Assembly (NCBI GenBank): GCA_000934665.2
Contig: KZ539042.1
Location: forward strand, 1-35,665
Origin: Catajapyx aquilonaris
Taxonomy: Eukaryota
Length of the DNA stretch: 35,665 bases
Direction of reading: 5' to 3'
The position numbers and the translations under genes were made by a program. The number at the start of each line of letters is the position of its first letter. Within the stretch, counting starts at the first letter, position 1. The notes beneath the pieces were generated by a model. That model was given only the letters and a program-made list of their open reading frames with translations. It made no database searches and was not told the origin of the DNA. Shown piece by piece: positions 27,470-35,665 of this stretch.

Positions 27470-28530
27470 TCACTTCTTGCTCTTTACTTCGTCTGGTGAT
27501 TTAATCCCAATAATCCGCCTGAAGGATGTCAAATGTGGTGACAGAGATGGTTTATTCTCGGATGGACTGAAATGTATTATTGAGGTACAGAATGATAGCC
27601 TACATACAAGTCACTTGACATTGTGTATTAGCTACTCGTATTTGAGTAAACTAGCAGCAATTTTATGTATTTTTTACATACGTAAGAGAAAGATAGTTGG
27701 CTGGTTCCATTTCAATCCAGACGGTGGGTGCCCAGTCATGGTCTTCGATTTTTTTTTAAAAAANTTGCGGAGCCTCTCCTCCTCGTCCTCCATCAGCTTC
27801 TTCTGTTCATGTCGTTTCCTCATCTCTTCTTCCATCCTCTTCTGCCCTTCCCGAACTTTCTTATACTCTTCATCTTGTTTCCTTTGGTCCTCGATCTGGC
27901 GGTTCTTGTGCATTTCTTCCAGGTGCTGGTTAATGTGCTCCAGGTCAGACATGTGCTCTTGGAAGTGATGCAGCTGGTCTTGCAGTTCTGCTACTGTTTG
28001 GTCCTTCTCATCCAGCTCCATGCGCAGGTAGTTCATTTGCTGCTCCTGCAAGCTCTGCTCTACAGAGCACTTTTTCAGTTGTTCCTCTAGGACGGCCACC
28101 TCCTGGTCACGCTCTCTCTTCCATTCGACCTCAGCCGTCAGCTGATCACGCTCTCTGTAAGGGTATGTAACATCATTGTTGGTCAGGATAATATAAGTAC
28201 AGGTACATATTGTTAATTATACCTGTGCAGTTGCTCCTGAGCCATGGTAAGCTCTGCTATCTGCGTGTGAAGCCTCTGATACTTGGTTGTTGTTTCCTCT
28301 GACTTTCTCTCAAGTGTAAGGTTGGCCTTGGATAGCATATCCATGTGATCATGGACCGACACTAGCCTGTCGAACATCATCTCAGACTTTTTCCACAGCA
28401 TGGTGTTTTGCCTCTTAAGCTCCTTCACACGCTTCAAGAGGCTCAATGTTCCTGTCTCCGCATATTGTTTCTCATCAATCTCAGTCTCATCCTCACTCGA
28501 GGTATCAGCTGATGTACTTGGTTGGTCCAT
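27470..28530 (-). CDS. Uncharacterised coiled-coil protein; exons 28530-28223, 28154-27682, 27566-27470; likely additional 5' exons 28718-28663 and 29647-29472
   Basis: E/Q/K-rich heptad ORFs 28213-28530 and 27674-28099 joined by a phase-2 GT-AG intron; minus-strand AATAAA at 27293-27298. As written the frame stops at 27674; the last exon joins sensibly only after a 1-nt shift at the A-run next to N27764. Confidence 0.75.
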
Positions 28531-28756
28531 TTGTTCTACTTTTTAGGAGGCTTTGCTAATTTAAAAAAAATGAGAGTTTATTAGACATGTAGCACAAAGT
28601 TCTTTTCCATATAAAGTCACTTTCCATCTTCACTTGCAGTGAAGCCAGAATAAGACACTTACCTCCTGCCTTCTGACTGGTTTCGGCTAAGTCGTAGCTA
28701 AGTTGGCGGCTATACTCTCTGTAAAATAAACTGGAATACGATTATGATTGTTGGTA

Positions 28757-28947
28757 CTAACTTATCTGTTCCAATAACTTTTGGCCACTTCGTCCTGACT
28801 ATTTCGTTCATTCTGGGCCCGAATCAACCCGTTTCCCAGACACAGACGGGCTTCGCCATGGGGAGCATGTGAAATGGGTTGCTTCAAGCCCAGGATGAAC
28901 GAAAGAGTAAGGACGATAATGTGGCCAAAAGTTATTGCAACAAATAG
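28757..28947. mobile_element. Foldback MITE related to the 18937-19080 element
   Basis: Inverted arms tgttccaataacttttggccac / gtggccaaaagttattgcaaca; shares TTTTGGCCAC and GGGTTGCTTCAAG.CCAGGAT with the 18937 copy. Confidence 0.8.
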
Positions 28948-29680
28948 TACATTGGCAACCCTGTCGATATCAAGAAATGTGTAAAGAAATCACATGGAAA
29001 TTTTTGAAATTACGAACTTTGTGTTTCAGATGTTTGACACAATTTTACTTTTCTTTAGTAGGCACATCACTAAAAGGCATTTTCCATCTGTCGAGAGAAA
29101 TTCATTCTATAGCTCGGTAACGTATCATAGACTACTCTAAATTCCTAGTATTATAGTGACAATATTATACAATGTGAGCCTCTTATGATATAAATCACAT
29201 AATTGGCTAGTAAATTGTGAATTATATTATAGTCTCCATTGTCTTGAAAATAATTATAAAATACCAAGCTCTTCATGCATATTTTGTCAATGCACATCAC
29301 CAGATGATGGGTAATAACTTTGTACAGTAGTAGCCTTCATGTCCATTTTTTGTGATTTACAGATTTCATAATCATGAGTCATTTTAACGTTAACCATCAA
29401 TGATTGCTGACCCATATAATATTTCTAATGCATGAGCAAATACCATACCATATATTTTTAAATAGGCCTACCTCATTAGATATTAATGGTTGTTTATATC
29501 AGCATTGTCAAAACACTTGATGCGAACTGTTGATTTTAGGTCATACTGTCATGCCTTCCAATCCTCACCAGTTTGTCCTCGGGTTATTTTATGACAACTT
29601 GCTGGCTTATTCGTCCCAAAAGACCTCACTAAAATTTTGACACCTTTCTGAAAAAAAGTAATTCTGACCACTGTTTTGTT

Positions 29681-29694
29681 GTAACTATGGCAGC
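29681..29694. promoter_or_regulatory. RFX X-box-like motif GTAACTATGGCAGC
   Basis: Near match to the X-box consensus GTNRCC(N0-3)RGYAAC, about 35 bp upstream of minus-strand exon 29647-29472. Confidence 0.3.
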
Positions 29695-31715
29695 AGTGAG
29701 GCCAACACATGTACCCAAGTCATTATTGTCTTGGCCTAATGGGGTAAATTAAATAAATAAATAAAAAATAAATAAGTCATTATTGTCATTCACTTAACTT
29801 GTTGTGCAGGGCACGATGGAAAATTATTTGTCCGTAACTAATTAACATTAATATTAGAACTGCTTGTAAAATATCCACACTAAGGTTTACTTGCGGCACT
29901 GTCAGGAAACTTTTTCTGCACAATTAAAAAATCTACAGTCAAGTCCCACCTCATCATTCTCAAGGTAGAGTAATTACTTGTGATTAACAGTACGGTAGTG
30001 CGTAATTGAGGAAATTAAAGAGTCGAAGGCGGGGGTTAAGGTGCGAAGCAGATTAGGCAGATGACATATTATGTGCTCCAAGTTTTTATTTCATGATATT
30101 TTCAAATGCTGCAAGTACAATCTTGCGATTACATATTGGTACATAATTACTGCGATTATAGTGCTAAATTTTGTATATAAAAATTGCAGAGTCCCATTTT
30201 TAAATAGGCGTTTTTGATGACCTTGAATGGATAATGCGACGGGCAAGTAAAACCTGTGGTTGCCGCATTTAACTATCGGGCATTAATGAGGTTAGATTGG
30301 AATAGTCACTTTTAGAAGTTATCAGGTCATGATCATTATAATGGCTCTTAAAATTAGGGGTTTCAAAGGTAGATCATTGTAATACCGGATTAATTAGCAA
30401 AAAAACTGATTTTTCAATTGCACATTTTAATCATCGATTATTATGACCAAAAACCGTGAAAGAACTGTGCTAAAGCTGTTGATTTTCTAAATATTACGGG
30501 CCAAAAATAAACTGGTTACATTGCATTATAATAAAGTATATTTTCTGAAGGGATATATGCTTGCAAGTAAATGATGGCATATGTTGTACAATGCAGTGCT
30601 GGACATTATCTTCTGTCTCACGTCAGTGCTCGGATTTAAAAAAATTCTGCACGACTTTTCCATAACCACGGATTCCTTTGCGAATCCCACATGTCACATG
30701 TGACATACCGGTATTGCTTCAGCTTAATTGTAATTTTTCATGCAGTTTAATGCAAATGTAAGGTTAACTGAAGTTCAGACTGTAGCGCGCATTAGATCCA
30801 CATTGCTCTTTATCTCTCGATACACTGGATTTTATTCAGCAGAATAGTATTGCAAGATAATAGATTTTTTATTCATATAAATTTTCGACAAACTTGTTAT
30901 AAGAGGCTTTATTGCACAAAGTAATAACTATTTCTACTCTCAATGTCCTGTGAGATATGTGAGATATGTGTAGCTGTAACATCTGTAGTACACAGACTTG
31001 ACCTTTCTTCTATGATTTTACCATGAATTGCAACTGACCCCAATGAAGCTGTTACAACACTGTCCCCATTGTGTGTTGCCTTGTAGATATGCTTACTATA
31101 GCTTCTGGTCATAACTCGTGGGGCATAAGAAAGTGTGTAGGCCGTCGGGTATACTCTATGCACGCACATTGTCATCCAATTGTTGTAACAACCCATTATT
31201 GTTGTGTTTTCCATTGTGCTCGTTGTTTAGTTGTTATAAACAATTTCATTCCACAATTTAAATGTTGTTAAAATAATGGGCCTTGGAGCCGTAGATGGGT
31301 TCCGTTGGGATGGGCTTCCGATATATTATTTCCGATGTATTATTTTGAGAAAGCGGTTTATTTTTATCACACTATCGTCACTTTCCAGAATTAGTCAGGA
31401 TGGAGTTACTGAATGATCGAGGAGTCCGGTATGCTCTTATCTGCCGATTTAATGTAAGGGCCACATTGAATGCCATCCACTCCAGTGTAACGGGTAAAAG
31501 GGGAGTAGTGGGTGGGTGTGAAAGAGGCTTTTGGTTGGGTAAATAATAATATCCCCTCAGCCCACTTATTCCGATGCCATGCATTAGTAAGAATGCAGAC
31601 CCGTCGATGTCGTAGGTCGCCCAGCATCACTCACTCTCTGTAAACAGTGGCAACAATAGAAAGAACACTAAGAGATCTCTATGTAATGATGTCTGAACAC
31701 GCCCTCGACGGTGCG

Positions 31716-31728
31716 GTTGCCAGGTAAC
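31716..31728. promoter_or_regulatory. RFX X-box motif GTTGCCAGGTAAC
   Basis: Full match to GTNRCC-N-RGYAAC, about 85 bp upstream of a minus-strand GTGAGT donor near 31630. Confidence 0.45.
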
Positions 31729-32141
31729 GCCAACGCTGTTGTTTACGTTTAGGGACTGCAATTTTGTCGGGTACTGTACAGTGACAAAAGTTGTCATTAC
31801 CTTTTGCATCCCTTCTGAAAATTGCAATAACATGTTTCAGGAGAAAATGGATTGGTATACCGACATGCAAATTTGATTTAATATGTATGATGTGCTTTTC
31901 AGAAAGAAATGCAAAGCATGTGAGAAGGAATCATCTAATGATGCTTATCCATTCACGAGCAAGTGAATCAAATACGGATTATCCAGGAGTAAATCTGTAT
32001 TTTTATTATTTTTTTTAAAAAAGTTAAACTTCATAGGGAAAACACTGTGTCTCATGATTGGGTGTTCCCCCAATTCACGTCCTGCGTGCATGATGGGCTT
32101 AGACGTCAGACTACTGTAATGTATCCCTTCGAAGTTCTTTC

Positions 32142-34602
32142 TCAGGCCCTGCGCTGGAGCCTCCTGACAGCCATTATCACGAAGACAACAGACCGGAAGT
32201 GGACCGTAGACCTTGGGACCTCCAGGACACGGGGCTTCTGGAGAGTCAGTCCCAGCATCTTCATAAGACTCTCCTCGTCGATCAACTTGAACTCCTTCCG
32301 GAAGAAGAGTAGGTAGTTATTTTATGTGAAAAAAACATTAGACTCACCAAGTCTTGGGCCAGATCCGGCCCGTTTGCCTACATGTATACAGTACAGACAG
32401 TAGTATACATACCTCCTCGTCGGAAGAGAGTGATTTCAACTCAAAAACGTCACCGTCGTTCCTATAAATGAGACATATCGAAGTTAGGAATGCTTCCTAT
32501 TTCACGCAACATGCTTGACTTGCCTTGGGCTTGATTCCTGATGTTTCTGTTCAAATTGTACATTTCTGACAATCTTGGATGATTTTCCATTGCCTCCACC
32601 GGCGAAGCGGGGTTTCCTAAGGCAACCCTTCGGTCTTTGTTTGTCATATGCCCGTGGCAAAACGTTGTCTGGCTTCACTGGCTTCACTGGGTTCACTGGG
32701 TTCACTGGCTTCACTGGCTTCACTGGCTTCACTGGCTGCACTGGCTTCACTGGCTTCACTGGCTTCACTGGCTTCACTGGCTTCACTGGCTCCTGGCGAG
32801 CTGGTGTTTTGGCGCCAGTTGGGGGCTGGCAGGGGGCTGACAAAAGTCAAGTTAATAGCTATTTGAAATATCACATCATAGCAAAACGTACACTCGAAAG
32901 TAATAACACAGTATTATGCCTTCATTTAAAATTAGTACATTGGAAGCATGTGCCACTGCTCTAGTGATTTGATCATTAGCAACACCTATGGAGGATTAGG
33001 CAGCACCCGGTCATTGAAACACGACTTGCTCTCAAATATGTGTGTTCCACCAATTTTTTTTTCATTTACCAGTATAATCAGAACAATGTAGGTACAGTAC
33101 ATTCCGATGCGCTAATACCGACAAAAACCTACTCCTTTTAATGCAATCACTGCCTTGATCACTGAAGACATATTAAAAGGCATGGCCTATTTTGGTTCAT
33201 CTCATCAACCTCAACAGTGAGAACGAGCCTCAAGGGTTATAAGTTTCAGTAAAATGAACCTTGATCATATTTGGGAGCGATTTTTCCCAGAGTGTACAGT
33301 AGGGAGAGAACCCTCACCATATGACTTGTAATTTGTAACTAAAAATCAACAAAATAATCATAAAATGTTAGCAACTTTCACTGTATGTTTTAGTTTCTGC
33401 ATAATGGAAAAAGGTTACAGCCTAGGCAGGCAAAGCCTGCTGTGCAAGTGTAAGGCCAGAGATAGTGTCTGTGGTCAAGTTGGGTCATCATTTGCCATTA
33501 CGACGATGGTAGTCTAAGTGGTCCCCAACCTTTTTATCGCCCTGGACCGGTCAACGTTTGATAATTTTACCTCGGCCCGCTGGGGGGGGGGGGGGGTTAT
33601 AGATTGTTTTGATTTAATAATTTTTATTTTATTGTACTTAAACATGGCTTCAAAATAAAATACAGTTACACCAAAAAATGAATATAAAGTGATTGAACAT
33701 GTCACCTCACTAGAACGCAAAAAATCATGAAATGGAAAATATAATTGGGCGGCCCGGTACCATTTGATCCACGGACCGGTACCGGTCCGCGGCCCGGGGG
33801 TTGGGGACCAAGTAATGTCAATGAGCAGCCACGATTCTGCCATTTAAAAAATTTGGCGCCATTATGGATCCCTCTCTTTGTTCTTCTCAGTTGTCAGCTG
33901 ATTTTGTTTACACTATTTAACGTTTACCACTGAATAGCATAACTTGTTATACTTGGTATACTATAATATAACAAGTTGAAATAGAGTATTTGTCCTGACC
34001 ATTATCAAAAATATATTTTATTGTTATTCCAACTTTCAATTGTTCTAAAATCACCCCCTCGGATTCCATCCCCGCTCCCTCTTCATACAGTCTACTCGAA
34101 TGTTGTGATTGACAGGTAAATAGACTGTATACAAGGGGGTAATCACTTCGGTACTCCGGTGTACACCTGGGAGTGGTACTCCCTGGTACTCCTCAGGCAC
34201 CTCACTCTTTATTACTCCGTGGTACTCCTTGAATTTGGTACTCCAGTGTACACTTTTCAGTCGAGTGATTACCCCCCTTTAGGTATATTAGCACTCCTTT
34301 TAAAAATTCGAACTAAATACTTACCGCACGATGTCATGGGCCTATTAACCCTGAAACTTGCGTTCCTTTCCTTACAGATCTCAGAGCGAGGTTTGTCTAC
34401 TCGGCCTTCTGAAAAATGAACAAAAATCAAACAATTTTAGCAACATAAAATACTTGAGAGCAGTTAAGGCATGTTCACATACGAATTGGTGGAGTGACTG
34501 GAACGCATCGGCTCGGCTGTCGGAGCGAGGGGTTGGGGGCAGTGCCCGGTCTAGAGGTGCTGGTTGAGGGCATCTTGCGTGTAGACACGACCATACCAAA
34601 TG
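32142..34602 (-). CDS. Uncharacterised Pro/Lys-rich protein with (PVK)13 repeat and C-terminal basic amphipathic helix; exons 34602-34483, 34408-34325, 33338-33318, 32836-32524, 32461-32413, 32377-32348, 32294-32142; 5' part unresolved (candidates 34732-34653, 35052-34988, 35434-35282)
   Basis: Seven exons join in consistent phase without stops and end EFKLIDEESLMKMLGLTLQKPRVLEVPRSTVHFRSVVFVIMAVRRLQRRA*; minus-strand AATAAA at 32002-32007. The model needs one GC-AG intron and one 35-nt intron. Confidence 0.65.
32669..32790. repeat. 9-bp coding tandem repeat (ctggcttca) x13
   Basis: Directly visible; encodes PVK/PVQ/PVN on the minus strand. Confidence 0.95.
33516..33813. mobile_element. hAT (Charlie/MER1-like) non-autonomous element
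   Basis: Inverted termini tggtccccaacc / ggttggggacca and subterminal palindrome cggaccggtaccggtccg; outermost bases eroded, no clean TSD. Confidence 0.75.
34133..34279. mobile_element. Small MITE with 15-bp TIRs and internal GGTACTCC repeats
   Basis: aagggggtaatcact ... agtgattacccccctt enclosing about five ggtactcc copies; superfamily unclear. Confidence 0.7.
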
Positions 34603-35108
34603 CTACGAGAAACAGTGGAACACTTATTAAAATGAGACGATATATAGGCTACTTGTGTTACGCACATGGCGGTTAAATCTGGCTTTGGATTCACAGTTAT
34701 CCTCATTCGTCATAATATTAATCGTGTGCCTCCTGTATAGTGCTATCGCTCAACGGGTTTTGAGCACACCTGATGACATCGAATTACCGCACTAACAGTA
34801 AGTGTGGCTTGGTACCACTATACTATGTTCAGCATTTCCCAGAGAAATTCTCCATGATCACCCACATGGACAAAACCGAATTCACAGTCAATGTGTATGT
34901 TATGGATTATCCGTGTGGACCTCATGGAGATTTTCACAGGAGCTGGAGTTGGGAGGGAGGTACATTGATGTTAGCCTGTTCGCCTACCCATCCACCCATG
35001 TTCGAGACCTTCCCGCGTCCCTTATCTCCGGCCCAAGCCAATCACATTCAGTCTAGTTGAGGAAATATGACATCCTTTGTGCCTCCATAGTGACTGGTCC
35101 ACTTACGT

Positions 35109-35275
35109 CAGCGGTTCTTAACCTGGGGTGCGAGGTGGCTCCCCTGGGGGTGCGAGCAAGGTGCACATCTGGACTTAGTCTAACTATGAACTTAATCACC
35201 CCTGGTGTAGGGGGTGCGAGAAGGACCAACTGTCTTCAAAGGGGTGCGGAGGCCCGAAAAGGTTAAAAACCCCTG
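35109..35275. mobile_element. 167-bp hAT MITE with perfect 8-bp TSD ACTTACGT
   Basis: ACTTACGT (35101-35108) | CAGCGGTTCTTAACCT ... AGGTTAAAAACCCCTG | ACTTACGT (35276-35283); internal ggggtgcg repeats. Confidence 0.9.
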
Positions 35276-35363
35276 ACTTACGTAAAGGTATCAGGGATTC
35301 AGTGGTGCTTCTTGGGGTGTATTGAGTCTGGGGGCTCTGGGTGAGCAGATCGCGGTTGGCAGA

Positions 35364-35420
35364 TTCTGATGCCCTCAGCTTTTCTGATGCCCTCAGCTTC
35401 TCTGATGCCCTCAGCTTCTC
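35364..35420. repeat. 18-bp tandem repeat x3 (EKLRAS on the minus strand) in a candidate exon 35434-35282
   Basis: tctgatgccctcagctt repeated three times. Confidence 0.9.
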
Positions 35421-35665
35421 TCCAGCCACTGGACCTGGATATGAACACAAGAGTATGAAACATCCCGTGAGGCACAACATACTGTAGTGGTTATGCAGCA
35501 TGTCGGCCAGATTATAACACGCTCGGGCTAAAATATATGCTTAATAATGAGCAGATTAGTACCAAAATAGTAGTATTCCATGGCGGCTTCCTGAGACACA
35601 TATAAAATGCCACAAGCGTCGCCACCGTCTATGCGAGTTAACATGGGAAAGCGCTACTGCGGCGG

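Noticed and set aside
32575..32964. GFT-, HWL-, LAS- and SEA-repeat ORFs
   Set aside because: Alternative frames of the 9-bp repeat; the PVK frame is the one that fits the flanking splice phases.
34653..35434. Single continuous 5' exon chain for the PVK gene
   Set aside because: Exon 35434-35282 ends in phase 1 but 35052-34988 is open only in phase 0, so the 5' structure cannot be resolved without transcripts.

Overview
Intron-rich animal (invertebrate, probably protostome) genomic DNA with four spliced genes that I assembled by hand from GT/GC-AG boundaries and reading-frame phase. (1) A Q50 paired-like homeobox gene (+, 6307-11600; resembles the CG11294 family from memory) with a candidate 24-nt microexon at the start of the homeodomain. 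(2) A complete, frame-intact 23-exon dual oxidase-like gene (+, 13551-26298, about 1653 aa). It keeps the four transmembrane heme histidines and a FAD motif, but the NADPH-binding motifs (GGGIGVTP -> ANDDKVIS, SCGP -> HAGD, terminal ExF absent) and both Ca2+ EF-hand loops are degenerate, so it is a candidate Duox pseudo-oxidase and the most interesting signal here. (3) A convergent coiled-coil gene (-, 27470-28530, probably extending further 5') with RFX X-box-like motifs upstream and an apparent frameshift at an A-run beside an N. (4) A multi-exon gene (-, from 32142 to at least 34602) encoding (PVK)13 repeats and a C-terminal PACT/calmodulin-binding-like helix. Non-coding DNA carries several MITE/foldback elements (Tc1/mariner-type, hAT-type), a short Helitron, a tRNA-derived V-domain-like SINE, a tRNA-like element, a mariner transposase relic, microsatellites, an assembly gap and many TA-CWG-TA motifs resembling transposon excision footprints. 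All gene models and family assignments are by eye; no database searches were run.
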